DNA from: Spirochaetia bacterium
GTDB taxonomy: Bacteria > Spirochaetota > Spirochaetia > CAKZLE01
Direction of reading: 5' to 3'
NCBI GenBank assembly: GCA_963677595.1
Contig: OY782041.1
Span: forward strand, 4,032,001-4,096,000
Length of the DNA: 64,000 nucleotides
Position 1 is the first letter of the stretch. The number at the start of each line of letters is the position of its first letter. A program made the position numbers and the translations under genes. Below, piece after piece: positions 1 to 10,335 of this stretch. The notes below the pieces were generated by a model. It did not search any database and was not told where the DNA came from. It saw nothing but the letters and a program-made list of their open reading frames with translations.

Positions 1-2028
1 GGGCGGGAGGTCCTTGAGGACCTCATCCTTCACTCTCCGCAGGAGGAAGGGGGTGATCATGCGCTGGACCGCCTTGAGTGCGTCGGTATCGTGCTCGACG
101 GCCACGGGGTCACCGAACCGGTGACGGAAGGAGCCGAAGGAGGAGAACATCCCCGGGACGATGAACCGGAAGAGTGCATAGACTTCGAAGATATTGTTCT
201 CGATCGGCGTCCCGCTCAGGGCTATCCGGTGCCCCGCCTGCAGCTTGAGCACCGACCTTGAGATCTTTGACTGTATATTCTTGATCTGCTGGGATTCGTC
301 TAAGACCACACAGCTGAAGGGCCTATCCTGAAGGATCTCGATGTCATTACGTACCGTATGGTAGGTGGAGAGGATGACATCCTGGGCATACACCTCGTCG
401 AGGGAGCGTGATCCCCCATGGTAGATCGCGACCTGGAACTGTGGGGCGAACTTCCGGAACTCGGACTGCCAGGTATAGAGCAGGCTCTTCGGCATGACGA
501 TCAGGGCGGGATGCTCTTCGGACGGGAGTACGACTGAGAGCAGGGAGATCGCCTGGATCGTCTTCCCGAGCCCCATGTCATCGGCGAGGCAGCAGCCGAT
601 GCCGTGGGTATAGAGGTAATGGAGCCAGGAATAGCCGTCCTTCTGGTAGGGTCTCAGCTGTGCCTGGATCTCAGGGTCCGGATGGGTATAGCCCGAGAGG
701 TCCTGCAGACCCTTGAGCGTCTTTCGGAACTCATCCACGGTCTCATGCGCGATCTCCTCGTCGAGCATATCCTCAATTCCCGGGATATCGAAGACAGAGA
801 GCTTGACGGCACTCTTCTTCGACCTTCCGAGGAGGATCCTGATCTTCCTGATCCACTCCTCAGGGACGATCACCTTCTTGCCGTTATTCGCGGGTATATA
901 GCCGTATTCCTCATAGAGGGCGAAGAACCGTTCCATGCTCAATGCCTCATCATCGAGTTCCGTGCCGACACTCCCTTCAAGATACCCCCGCTCCCCTTTC
1001 TGGATCTGCACATGGAGCGGCAGCTTCCTGATACTGATATCGAAGGATTCCAGGTGGGACGCCCCGCTGAGGGCATAGCTGCTGATCAGCTCCCCCAGTT
1101 CCCCGGAGAGGAAGGAGAGGGCGAACTCCCGGTCGAGGATGAAACGGTCCTCGACACGATAGAAGCCTGCAGGGATGTGTCTCTTCCGTGCATGGGATGC
1201 CATCTGCCTCTCCAGGTTCCTTGAGATCACCTCAAGCTCTATATCATAGATGAGGGGAAATACCTCGAGCCGGGAGGAGTGTCCATCGAAGTTCGTCCCG
1301 AACGAGGGCCTGAACCCGTTGACGAAACCGGTATCGAGTCCCTTGCAAACGAAGCCGGTATGGAGGTGCAGGGACCCGGCAGCATCGATGGTATCGAAAT
1401 AGAGCGAGGCGGATACCGGACGAGGTTTCCCGGCTGCTATGTGGAGATCCGGCGAGATCATATTGGGTTCGTGGGTATAATGGCAGAAGAGTGCTGCCAC
1501 CTCCCCGAGCTGCTCCTCCGGGAACTTCCAGGAGAAGAGTTCCAGGTCCCGGTATTCCGGGAACCGCTTGATGCGAAGCAGTCCCGTCTCACAGATGACG
1601 AAACCTGGTGCTATCGAATGGAGCAGCTTATGGACCTTACCTGAGAGGTCTACGAGCTCCACGACAGCCTGCCAGTGCCCTGCACCTTCAGCGCGTGTAA
1701 GCTTCAACTGCAGTTTCCCCCTGCCGGGTGAAAGGGGTATGGCTTCTGCCCGGTTGCCAACCAGCACCCCCAGGGAGGCAGCAGTCTCAAGGAGGTCCAG
1801 GTTCCGTTCCAGGGGGAGGCTCCCTTCTTCCCCACTCCCTGCCCGTTCCCCGAACTCAGCAAGGAGATGGAATACTTCAGGGGAGGACGGTGGAAGCCCC
1901 TTCTTCATCGCAAGCTCCAATGCATAGTCATCCTGGTCCCTCTTCAGCCTCAGGGCATTGGCTTTCACCGCAGTGGAACCGGTCCCAGTAGTCAACATGG
2001 AACCAAAATGTGTGTGGATCGATCTCAT
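1..2028 (-). CDS. SNF2/Swi2-family helicase-like ATPase (3' end runs off the window)
   Basis: Not in the ORF track because it has no stop in the window. Manual translation from ATG 2028 (AAGGA upstream, in-frame TGA at 2067-2065) reaches LRPYQKDGYSWL...GCCLADDMGLGKTIQAI; a DESQ Walker B and ALSGTPIEN follow. Confidence 0.9.
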   Translation of the reverse strand, partial: MRSIHTHFGSMLTTGTGSTAVKANALRLKRDQDDYALELAMKKGLPPSSPEVFHLLAEFGERAGSGEEGSLPLERNLDLLETAASLGVLVGNRAEAIPLSPGRGKLQLKLTRAEGAGHWQAVVELVDLSGKVHKLLHSIAPGFVICETGLLRIKRFPEYRDLELFSWKFPEEQLGEVAALFCHYTHEPNMISPDLHIAAGKPRPVSASLYFDTIDAAGSLHLHTGFVCKGLDTGFVNGFRPSFGTNFDGHSSRLEVFPLIYDIELEVISRNLERQMASHARKRHIPAGFYRVEDRFILDREFALSFLSGELGELISSYALSGASHLESFDISIRKLPLHVQIQKGERGYLEGSVGTELDDEALSMERFFALYEEYGYIPANNGKKVIVPEEWIRKIRILLGRSKKSAVKLSVFDIPGIEDMLDEEIAHETVDEFRKTLKGLQDLSGYTHPDPEIQAQLRPYQKDGYSWLHYLYTHGIGCCLADDMGLGKTIQAISLLSVVLPSEEHPALIVMPKSLLYTWQSEFRKFAPQFQVAIYHGGSRSLDEVYAQDVILSTYHTVRNDIEILQDRPFSCVVLDESQQIKNIQSKISRSVLKLQAGHRIALSGTPIENNIFEVYALFRFIVPGMFSSFGSFRHRFGDPVAVEHDTDALKAVQRMITPFLLRRVKDEVLKDLPP

Positions 2029-2189
2029 ACTCAGCAGTCCTTCATAGTCATTGAAGGGAGTATATCATAAGAAGGTGAGAGAGAACATGTATAAGTGTTC
2101 CTGATTGGTATATATGACCTCATGTCATCCTAGGATGGAGATTGTTCTGGATATAGAATCCTTCCCTTTTGAACAAAGATTTCGCCAAC

Positions 2190-2218
2190 TTGATTCTCCT
2201 CACAGGCATCGTTATACT
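2190..2218 (+). promoter_or_regulatory. sigma70-type promoter for small ORF
   Basis: TTGATT-17 bp-TATACT. Confidence 0.55.
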
Positions 2219-2245
2219 TGCTTTAGACTGACCGGGGAGCATTTC

Positions 2246-2395
2246 ATGGATAAAAAGAAAGAGATCCAGACATTCATCAAAGAGTTCGAGAAAAGAACGA
2301 AGGAGATCACTTCATCCAAGAAGAAAGCCAGAGAATACCTGATCAGTACTGGAATCTACACAAAATCAGGCAACCTCTCAAAGCACTACAAGTAG
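2246..2395 (+). CDS. Small basic hypothetical protein (49 aa)
   Basis: GGGGAG RBS before ATG 2246; MDKKKEIQTFIKEFEKRTKEITSSKKKAREYLISTGIYTKSGNLSKHYK; promoter upstream. Confidence 0.6.
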   Translation: MDKKKEIQTFIKEFEKRTKEITSSKKKAREYLISTGIYTKSGNLSKHYK

Positions 2396-2399
2396 GTAT

Positions 2400-3224
2400 C
2401 TATCTCATATCCTGTAAGAAGTCAATTGTTGTAAGCAGGATTGCACAAAGCTTTACCTCTACCTCTTTTCCTGTCTTTATTACTTCTGCATGACTCAGCG
2501 GCTTATCAAGAATACCTGCTGCCATATTGGTCACACAGGAGAATCCAACTACGTTCAAATCCAGGTAATTCGCTACTATCACTTCCGGGACTGTCGACAT
2601 ACCTACAAGGTCTGCTCCAAGTATTCCTGCCATCCGAATCTCAGCCGGAGTCTCATAACTGGGGCCATTGAATGCCATATACACTCCCTCTTGTAGCTCA
2701 TAACCCAATTTCTCAAGTATTCCAGCTTTAATCTTCATCCGCAACCTACGGTCATATGCATCACTTACGTCAGGGAATCTTGGACCATAGTTATCATCAT
2801 TTGCCCCTTTCAAAGGGTTATATCCCATATAATTGATATGGTCTTTAAGCATGATGATATCACCGGGCACATATCCCCTATTAACTGCTCCTGCTGCATT
2901 CGTCAAAATCACCTGCTTGACTCCAAGTGACTTCATGATTGCAATCGTTAGTACAATATCATCCTCATCGGTCCCCTCGTAAAAATGCGTTCGTCCTGCA
3001 AACACACACAAGTCATCATGTATCCTCATAACACCTGCATGCCCAGAAATCTTTCCGACATGCATCCCATCGATCTCACTGTACGGGATATCTACACCAT
3101 CGATGGTATGTAGTATAGAAGAGAGGCCTGAACCAAGTACTAACCCGGTCTTTGGTTGACAACTGCTTACCAGCCGTATTGCATCTACAGCTTTCTCTAC
3201 TCGTTCAAAAAAGTTTTCTTTCAT
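2400..3224 (-). CDS. punA: Purine-nucleoside phosphorylase (trimeric PunA/XapA type)
   Basis: GLVLGSGL, GRTHFYEG, LTNAAG, GPSYETPAE, VGMSTVPE, TNMAAG, SHAEV motifs; start moved to ATG 3224 after GAAGGA. Confidence 0.92.
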   Translation of the reverse strand: MKENFFERVEKAVDAIRLVSSCQPKTGLVLGSGLSSILHTIDGVDIPYSEIDGMHVGKISGHAGVMRIHDDLCVFAGRTHFYEGTDEDDIVLTIAIMKSLGVKQVILTNAAGAVNRGYVPGDIIMLKDHINYMGYNPLKGANDDNYGPRFPDVSDAYDRRLRMKIKAGILEKLGYELQEGVYMAFNGPSYETPAEIRMAGILGADLVGMSTVPEVIVANYLDLNVVGFSCVTNMAAGILDKPLSHAEVIKTGKEVEVKLCAILLTTIDFLQDMR

Positions 3225-3387
3225 GGTTCTTCCTTCTGAAAATGGGTATGAGATTATACCCAAAGTGCATATACAAACATTCCTGCGTGATCAGATTCAG
3301 ATCACCCAATGATCCTTATCAGAGATTATTCCCCTGTTGATTTTGCTGTGGTGCTTAGTATCCAAGCGCCTATGTATGAGAAACATT

Positions 3388-4722
3388 TCAATAATCGAGT
3401 CTTCCCATAAGCATAGCTCGTAAATCCTGTTCCACAGCCATAAAGGATTGGTCCCCAGCAAGATTGATCTGCTCATCCGGATCATGTACCATATTGAACA
3501 GCATATATGGCTCAAGATCCTGATTGAAGACGATTTTCCACTCCTCCGTCCTGATCATATATTCATGATTGAGTTCAGAGAGAACATGATCTCTTGGTAC
3601 GGTTGACAATGGATCCTGAGCATCACAGAACACACTCTCTCCCCCGCCGATACGGGTGATCATGGGTCCTATATCCATGAGCTCAGTCAACTGATGGGAT
3701 TCTTTAGGAACGGTCTTTCCTGGTAAGCGAACTATTAGGGGGATATGGACAGAAGATTCAAGGAAGTTCGATTTATAGAACCTATCTTGGTCCCCATTCA
3801 TCTCACCATGATCAGAAGTGAAGATTATTGCTGTATCTTCAAACTCTCCCCGTGCCTTCACAACGTCAATGATCTTGCCGATCTGTTCATCGATCAAGGT
3901 AATGTTCGCCGCGTAATTACGTCTGACTTCCTGTATATGCTCAGCCGTCGGTCGATCATAGGGAAGCGGTTGATCAAATGTTCCTGTAGCCCTATCAGGG
4001 TTGCTGTCAGTGAATCGGGGGATCGCATCCGGGAATGTGGTGTGCCTATATCGTTCCACATATTCATCAGGGGCATCCCAGGGCTCATGGGGCCCGCCGA
4101 ATCCGACAAAACAGAACCAGGGCTTTGAATCATGGTATGTCTCAAGATAAGAACAGGTCTCTCGCCCGACGTAGATATCAGGATACTCTTCCAGGGGGAG
4201 CACATGAGGCCGTACTGTCGCAGGTCCCTGTTCATATCGATCAGCATAATCGTCCTGAAGCTGTTTCCATAACCCCTTGCTCTGCCATCCTGCTGTCATA
4301 TGGGAGAGAATCGAAGTACTGACTCTCGGTCCGGGAATCTCGTTCACATCATCGAACCCATAGCTGTTCAGCAATGGTTCTGCCCTTCTCATATCGGGGA
4401 TTGACCCGTTATGGGGATACAAATGGACCTTCCCGATACAACTTGTATGGTACCCAAGCTTTTTCAGTTCCTGAACGTAATTAGGTGTATCTGGGGAGAG
4501 GGTATGAGGATCATTGTTCCATAACCCATTCTCATGGGGATACGTCCCCGTCATGAGAGCCAATCTGGCCGGTGCGCATAAGGGAGCATTCGAGTAGGCA
4601 TTGCAGAAAACCATTCCCTGCCGTGAAAGCCAATCGATGTTGGGGGTCTCTATGGGGTACCCTTGGAATCCAAACACGTTATACCGAAGCTGATCAAGCA
4701 TGATACACAGGATATTCATCAA
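3388..4722 (-). CDS. Cys-type sulfatase-family hydrolase (cytoplasmic)
   Basis: NILCIMLDQ, LCAPARLALMTG (CxPxR), GKVH, PHEP, FTSDHG. Confidence 0.9.
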   Translation of the reverse strand: MMNILCIMLDQLRYNVFGFQGYPIETPNIDWLSRQGMVFCNAYSNAPLCAPARLALMTGTYPHENGLWNNDPHTLSPDTPNYVQELKKLGYHTSCIGKVHLYPHNGSIPDMRRAEPLLNSYGFDDVNEIPGPRVSTSILSHMTAGWQSKGLWKQLQDDYADRYEQGPATVRPHVLPLEEYPDIYVGRETCSYLETYHDSKPWFCFVGFGGPHEPWDAPDEYVERYRHTTFPDAIPRFTDSNPDRATGTFDQPLPYDRPTAEHIQEVRRNYAANITLIDEQIGKIIDVVKARGEFEDTAIIFTSDHGEMNGDQDRFYKSNFLESSVHIPLIVRLPGKTVPKESHQLTELMDIGPMITRIGGGESVFCDAQDPLSTVPRDHVLSELNHEYMIRTEEWKIVFNQDLEPYMLFNMVHDPDEQINLAGDQSFMAVEQDLRAMLMGRLDY

Positions 4723-4725
4723 GTA

Positions 4726-5589
4726 TTACCCCTTGATCCCGCTCGAGGTCATTCCGGCAATATAGTACTTCTGCAGGAAAAGGAACAGAATGATGACCGG
4801 TATTGTCGAGAGAAGCGATGATGCGAAGATCAGCTCCCACTCGACACTCTGGTCTGTGAAGAGATTCGCTATCGCTACGGAGATCACCTGTTTATGCTCG
4901 TTCCTGATGATGATCAGAGGCCATACATAGGAATCCCAGGCAAGGAAGAACTTGATCAGCCCCCCACTGATGAGTGCCGGTACGATATTCGGGAACATGA
5001 CACTCCAGAACACTCGCTTATGGGAACACCCGTCGATAATCGCTGCATGATAGAGATCATATGGTACCTCTGCGAAATGGTTCGAGAACAGGAAGATCAG
5101 AAAAGCATCAGCTACCCAGGGAAGGAATAGCGCAACGAACGTATCACTCAAGCCCAATCCCTGCACTACCAGGAACGTAGGGATCATCCTTGCCTCGAAC
5201 GGTACAAGCATAGTGAACATGATGAGCAGGAAGATCGTTTTCCTGCCCGGGAAATCGAGCATCGATAGAACGAATGCCGTCATACTGCAGAAGATCATGG
5301 TTGTAGATACCGTAGCAGCTGACAATAATAGACTGTTGAATATATTCCGGTAAAACTCAAGATCAACGATGAGCCTGACAAAGTTGTCTACCGTCGGAGC
5401 AAGCGGGATGAATGTCTTCCAACTCATAGGTATCACAAAGGTGAAGAGTTCACTTCGCGTCTTGAAAGCTGAACCGATCATCCACAAGTATGGAAGCAGG
5501 AAGAGGATTGCCAGCAGTCCAAGACCAATCACCTTGAGCAGCGTATGGAAATACCTGTTTCCGGCAGCTTCTACTCGTATATTACTCAT
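4726..5589 (-). CDS. Carbohydrate (CUT1) ABC transporter permease, MalG-like
   Basis: Multiple TM segments, EAA-like loop DLYHAAIIDG, WDSYVWPLI. Confidence 0.9.
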   Translation of the reverse strand: MSNIRVEAAGNRYFHTLLKVIGLGLLAILFLLPYLWMIGSAFKTRSELFTFVIPMSWKTFIPLAPTVDNFVRLIVDLEFYRNIFNSLLLSAATVSTTMIFCSMTAFVLSMLDFPGRKTIFLLIMFTMLVPFEARMIPTFLVVQGLGLSDTFVALFLPWVADAFLIFLFSNHFAEVPYDLYHAAIIDGCSHKRVFWSVMFPNIVPALISGGLIKFFLAWDSYVWPLIIIRNEHKQVISVAIANLFTDQSVEWELIFASSLLSTIPVIILFLFLQKYYIAGMTSSGIKG

Positions 5590-6491
5590 ATACTGCTCCT
5601 CCGATTCCTAGAGGTATAATATCGCTGCAGACCGGTGACTACTATCAGGATCAGAGCCAGGATGACCGACATGGCGGAAGCGTACCCCATCCGGTTGAAC
5701 GTGAATGCATACTCGTATATATGCATCACCACGACCCTGGTTGAGTCCACCGGGCCTCCCCCCGTGGTCAGGAGGATGGGACCGAAGACCTGGAAAGCCC
5801 GTATCGAAATCGTCATCAACAGGAACACTATAGTACGTTTGATCAACGGCAGGGTGATATAAATCTGCTGCTGCAGATAGCTCGCGCCATCAATCGTCGC
5901 CGCCTCATAGTACGAGGCGGGGATAGCGAACATCCCGGCAAGGAAGAAGAGCATCGTGAGCCCGACATTCTTCCAGACCGTGATTCCCACGATCGAATAG
6001 AGGGCCTGACCAGGACTGGTGAGGAACGGCTGGTGCGGGATCCCCACCAGCTGGAGCATAGCGTTAAACAAACCGTTCGTTGGATGCATCATCAGGCCGA
6101 GAATCGTGGTTATGACGACCATCGAGGTAACGACAGGCAGTAATATGAATGTCCGAAAGGCATCAGTCCATTTGTGTTTCCTGACCAGCAGGAGTGCCAG
6201 GAGGAACCCGAAGATCAGCTGTAATGGGACCCTCAGGAGGAAGTAGTTGACCGTCACCTTCAGGGAGTGGAGGAACTGCTGGTCTTTGAACGCGTTGACA
6301 TAGTTCTTCAATCCGAGAAACACCTTTTTCCCTGATATGAGGTTATAGGAATAGAGACTGTACTGTACTGCCTTGATGATGGGGACTAACTGGAATACGA
6401 TAAGCAGCAGGAGTGTCGGTATCGTGAAAAGCAGGATCGTCACTAACAGTTCTCTCTGCCCTGAACCGGGTATATAGGTGATTTTCTTCAT
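5586..6491 (-). CDS. Carbohydrate (CUT1) ABC transporter permease, MalF-like
   Basis: FLGLKNY, YYEAATIDGA EAA loop, MGYASAMS; start moved to ATG 6491. Confidence 0.9.
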   Translation of the reverse strand: MKKITYIPGSGQRELLVTILLFTIPTLLLLIVFQLVPIIKAVQYSLYSYNLISGKKVFLGLKNYVNAFKDQQFLHSLKVTVNYFLLRVPLQLIFGFLLALLLVRKHKWTDAFRTFILLPVVTSMVVITTILGLMMHPTNGLFNAMLQLVGIPHQPFLTSPGQALYSIVGITVWKNVGLTMLFFLAGMFAIPASYYEAATIDGASYLQQQIYITLPLIKRTIVFLLMTISIRAFQVFGPILLTTGGGPVDSTRVVVMHIYEYAFTFNRMGYASAMSVILALILIVVTGLQRYYTSRNRRSSI

Positions 6492-6516
6492 TACACCATT
6501 CCTCTTGATTCTGTAT

Positions 6517-6539
6517 AGCAGGGGCATGACGCCCCTGCT
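6517..6539 (-). other. Intercistronic stem-loop after the SBP gene (mRNA stabiliser or partial terminator)
   Basis: AGCAGGGGC-atgac-GCCCCTGCT perfect 9-bp stem between SBP and first permease. Confidence 0.6.
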
Positions 6540-6557
6540 CATAGTCAGTCTGTACTA

Positions 6558-7856
6558 CTACTTGAACTGAGCCAGCTGAGATTCCAGCTGGTCGATCTTC
6601 TGTTTTACTGTTGATTCGACATCAGCCCCAAGCGCAAGGTCAGGATACAGGTTGAATCCCATGATCTGGTTATAGAGCACATACCCGGGAGTCAACGGCC
6701 TTGCCTCTCCATACGCATTCATGACCTCTACGAAGAATTTCTGGTAATCTTCCTGATAGTATTCCGGGTACTTGTCTGCGAAGTCGGTTCGTGAGACTAT
6801 ATCACTCCCGCCAATTGCATCAAAATAGAGTTTAATACCATCATCAGATCCCGCGAACTTGATAAAATCCTTGGCAAGCGTCTGATTCTTTGATTTCGCC
6901 GAGATTCCCATGGTGAAACCGCCGGTATGGACGATCGGCGTCTTGAAGAATGGAATCGGCATCAACCCCCATTCCGTCTCCGGGAACTTATTGTTGAATG
7001 TCGAAGCTGAAGACATGAAAGAGATCATGGTAATCGCCTGTCCTGTCCCGAAGGCATCAGGGACCTCAGCTGACGGAGCCAGTTCATAACGCGTGTAGAG
7101 ATCCTGGAAGAAATGATATGCTTCCATAGCCTCCGGAGTATCCCCGTATCCATGAACCGTCAGACCATCTTCTGAGATCGCCTTATAGGTGTTGGATCCC
7201 TTCTCCCCTGCACTTCTGATCATTGGCGTGATCCAGAAATCTCCCGTTCCCGGATTACTGAGAAACACAAGGCCCCAGACATCCTTTCCAGCCTGTTCCT
7301 TCACGACATCCTTCACTTTCTGGACATTGGTCAGCCATTCAGACCAGGTCCAAGGATGTTCGATATCAGGAGCGGTGATTCCCGCCATATCGAAATATGT
7401 CTTGTTATAGTACATTGCAGAGCATGCTTCTCGGAATGGGTAGGCATAGACTGATCCATTGTAGCTGACGGCTTCGATAGTTGATGCAAGGAACTGGCCC
7501 TTTTCGCTATCGGAAAGGATATCATCGATCGGGGCAAGCCCTCCGTAATAGGCATAGTTCCTGATATCAGTGGACCCTGTCGTGATGATATCATCCACAT
7601 CGTTAGAAGCCCACATAACCTGAAGCTGTTCTTTGTATTTTGCGAATGGCACTGACCTGATAGTGACAGTCACATCAGGGTTTTCGACCTGATACGCATC
7701 TGCAATTGCCTGGAACCCGTCAACCAACCCCGGGCTCTGCGGGAGGAAGAGTTTCAACTCCCCACCTGTCGCAGTCGCCTCTTCCTGGGATCCCCCCGCC
7801 CAAATGAATGAGATCCCAATGATCATAATCAGCAGCATAATCAATAATTTCTTCAT
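6558..7856 (-). CDS. ABC transporter sugar-type solute-binding protein
   Basis: Signal MKKLLIMLL...IWAGGSQE; MYYNKTYFDMAGI and WTWSEW motifs of SBP family 1; start moved to ATG 7856. Confidence 0.9.
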   Translation of the reverse strand: MKKLLIMLLIMIIGISFIWAGGSQEEATATGGELKLFLPQSPGLVDGFQAIADAYQVENPDVTVTIRSVPFAKYKEQLQVMWASNDVDDIITTGSTDIRNYAYYGGLAPIDDILSDSEKGQFLASTIEAVSYNGSVYAYPFREACSAMYYNKTYFDMAGITAPDIEHPWTWSEWLTNVQKVKDVVKEQAGKDVWGLVFLSNPGTGDFWITPMIRSAGEKGSNTYKAISEDGLTVHGYGDTPEAMEAYHFFQDLYTRYELAPSAEVPDAFGTGQAITMISFMSSASTFNNKFPETEWGLMPIPFFKTPIVHTGGFTMGISAKSKNQTLAKDFIKFAGSDDGIKLYFDAIGGSDIVSRTDFADKYPEYYQEDYQKFFVEVMNAYGEARPLTPGYVLYNQIMGFNLYPDLALGADVESTVKQKIDQLESQLAQFK

Positions 7857-7954
7857 CTTACAACCCCTTATCTCTTGTAGAGTTACGCTGCAGAACGTGA
7901 AGGCCTTATACACTCCTGCAACTGTATGTGTCATTGTAGGGCACAATGCGAATC

Positions 7955-7976
7955 AAACAATGCCATGTGGCATGTT
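7955..7976. promoter_or_regulatory. Palindromic operator copy 1 (ATGCCA-N2-TGGCAT) upstream of SBP gene
   Basis: 22-bp AAACAATGCCATGTGGCATGTT identical to 11766-11787; minus-strand TACAAT at 7938-7933. Confidence 0.75.
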
Positions 7977-8079
7977 CATACCATTCTTTGAAAAAACTTT
8001 CCGATCTCCGTTTCAGCTATACGACCTGCAGGTAGCATACTCTGAGAGAATAAACTGGTAATTGGTGTGAAGTGACCTG

Positions 8080-8808
8080 TCATATTTGATCGAACAGATC
8101 TTCTTCGCGCTTCAAGAAGCCCGAGATACGCTCCATCTGCACTGCAGAGATGGTGATCTTTTTCTTGATGATGGATGCCATATCACGATCGACTAATTCC
8201 CTGCAAAGGCGGTACATGGTCCTGATGCTCATTCCGAGTTCCTGACAGATGGCTTCCCTGGTCTCTTTCACGATTATGACTTCCGCAGGTTGAACCTTCC
8301 TTCCATATTGCTGATAAATAAAGTTAACCAGTGAATAGTATCCACTGTAGACAACCATCTTTCCATGAGAATTGATGGACGGGTACAGTTGCTGTGCGAA
8401 GATCCTTACCAGCTTCTTTAGGGCATGAGAATCTTCATCGAGCCAGCGGGAAAGGACACTCTTCCTGATCCTGATATACGAGGACTTTTCTGCTGCTTCG
8501 ATCGTAGTAGTGGCTATGGAGTACCCAGAGAAGAATTCCAACAAGCCGCTGAGAGACCGGCCGCTCCTATTGGTACTACGGGTTGAGGAGAACTCGAACA
8601 CCCTGCCATTGTTGAACTCATTGATGACCCGGTTGTTACCAGCATACAGAATATAGACAAAGGGGTTCTCTGTCCCTTTCGTGATGATCTTATGTCCTGC
8701 CGGGACGGTAATCAGTTCCAGCTGGGCAATGAAGCGTCTGGGCATGTCAGCAAATAGGTCCTGTAGCCATTGATTCGTTTCGATAACCTGCTTCACACTC
8801 ATTTCCAT
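8080..8808 (-). CDS. Crp/Fnr-family transcriptional regulator
   Basis: N-terminal cNMP-like beta domain (IITKG...VYILYAG, GLLE); C-terminal HTH TREAICQELGMSIRTMYR. Confidence 0.85.
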   Translation of the reverse strand: MEMSVKQVIETNQWLQDLFADMPRRFIAQLELITVPAGHKIITKGTENPFVYILYAGNNRVINEFNNGRVFEFSSTRSTNRSGRSLSGLLEFFSGYSIATTTIEAAEKSSYIRIRKSVLSRWLDEDSHALKKLVRIFAQQLYPSINSHGKMVVYSGYYSLVNFIYQQYGRKVQPAEVIIVKETREAICQELGMSIRTMYRLCRELVDRDMASIIKKKITISAVQMERISGFLKREEDLFDQI

Positions 8809-8841
8809 ACCGCTTGTCTCCTCTTGTGGGCAGTATACAAT

Positions 8842-10323
8842 CTAACCATCCAAAAGAGCCATACCTTCACTATCACCAAGCTGCTCAAGCTCGTCTCCTA
8901 GCATCCTCCGAAAAGGCTCTGCCAGTTCTTCATCATCTTTCAGGTTATGCAGTTCGTAGGGATCCCGCTCTAAATCATAGAGTTCAGAAATATCATCCTC
9001 ATTCACAGTATACTTATGCGTACCGGTAATCAGGGTCCTGCTCATACAGGTATCGCGGTACCCCTGCCCGTAACTCTCAAGCATCATCTGTGTCCTGCCG
9101 GGTCTCTCAAGTCGGCATACGGGAAGGAGGCTCTCCCCGTCAATCGGTTGTGAGAACGTGATCCTGGCAGCATCAAGGATGGTCGGGGCGATATCGATCG
9201 AATTCACGAGATTGTTCATCCTGCTGCCGCCGTACTCATTCCGGGGCAGTTTCAGAGCCAACGGGATACGCACAGTCTCCTCTGTCATGAATGAGCCTTT
9301 ATCGAATATCCCCCCATGACTACCGAGTCCATCTCCGTGATCACTGGTCCATATGATCAATGTATCTTCATACATGCCGAGTTCTTTCAGTTTCTGGATG
9401 ACCAATCTGGCAGCATCATCTGTCATGGTGGTCTGTGCATAGGCCTTCACCATGATGTCACGCCACTCTTCCCATGAGAAGATACTCGGGATAATCAACT
9501 TGAACTGTTCATCTGCAATCGGCCTGTTCATGTTCCGATAGGTCCCTGGTTTGTTCGAGAGATCATCTGAGAAATTACCATATTCCCTTATCTGAGAAGC
9601 ATCATACATATCGACGAATTCCTGAGTTGGAAAATAGGGTTGATGCGGACCCCATAGATCCAGTCTCAAGTGGAATGGCCCCTGACCATCCTCACGGGCT
9701 AGCTGTTCCAACTGCCTGCAGGCCATATCAGCCAGGAAGTATCCCTCATGTGTCTCTTTCGGTGTGGTCGTGATGCCTACACACGGTTCTCCACACCAGG
9801 TATGAGTACAATGATAATGGTCATTGCCTTCATAGAGTTCCCGAAACTGCTTCTTTGATGAGTTGTTCCAGAAATATCTCTCGATGCTGTGCTCGGCAGG
9901 GGGAAGTCCCTTACGTCCTATGTACTCCTTATATTCTTCAGTGATATAAGGATTCCCATAGAACTCTGGACAGAATCCTTCTGCATGATGATCCAGAGCT
10001 GTTCCGGGACCCGCATGCCATTTCCCGAAATAGAAATTCCTGTATCCAGCTTCCGAGAGCTTATCAAGATAGATCTCGTGATCATAGGGAGATTCCGTCT
10101 GGTTGTGAATATTCCGATGATGGTGAGGATAGAGCCCTGTTAGCAGAGTCCTCCGTGCCGGCCCGCACAGGGGAGTGACCGCATAAGCACGTTCGAAGAG
10201 AACAGAATCCTTCGCCAGTGCATCAAAACCCGGGTGCAGCGGCTTTTCGCCGCCATCCCAACCATGTCGATAATGGAGCTGATGATCTGTTACGATCATC
10301 ACGATATTTGGTTTCCTATTCAC
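8842..10323 (-). CDS. Cys-type sulfatase-family hydrolase
   Basis: KPNIVMIVTDH, LCGPARRTLLTG, GKWH, PHQP, WTSDHG, ELYDLERDPYE. Confidence 0.9.
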   Translation of the reverse strand: MNRKPNIVMIVTDHQLHYRHGWDGGEKPLHPGFDALAKDSVLFERAYAVTPLCGPARRTLLTGLYPHHHRNIHNQTESPYDHEIYLDKLSEAGYRNFYFGKWHAGPGTALDHHAEGFCPEFYGNPYITEEYKEYIGRKGLPPAEHSIERYFWNNSSKKQFRELYEGNDHYHCTHTWCGEPCVGITTTPKETHEGYFLADMACRQLEQLAREDGQGPFHLRLDLWGPHQPYFPTQEFVDMYDASQIREYGNFSDDLSNKPGTYRNMNRPIADEQFKLIIPSIFSWEEWRDIMVKAYAQTTMTDDAARLVIQKLKELGMYEDTLIIWTSDHGDGLGSHGGIFDKGSFMTEETVRIPLALKLPRNEYGGSRMNNLVNSIDIAPTILDAARITFSQPIDGESLLPVCRLERPGRTQMMLESYGQGYRDTCMSRTLITGTHKYTVNEDDISELYDLERDPYELHNLKDDEELAEPFRRMLGDELEQLGDSEGMALLDG

Positions 10324-10335
10324 ATCACTCCCCTG

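Noticed and set aside
604-2070. Several plus-strand ORFs in the ORF track
   Set aside because: They are shadows of the minus-strand SNF2 helicase gene that runs off the window.
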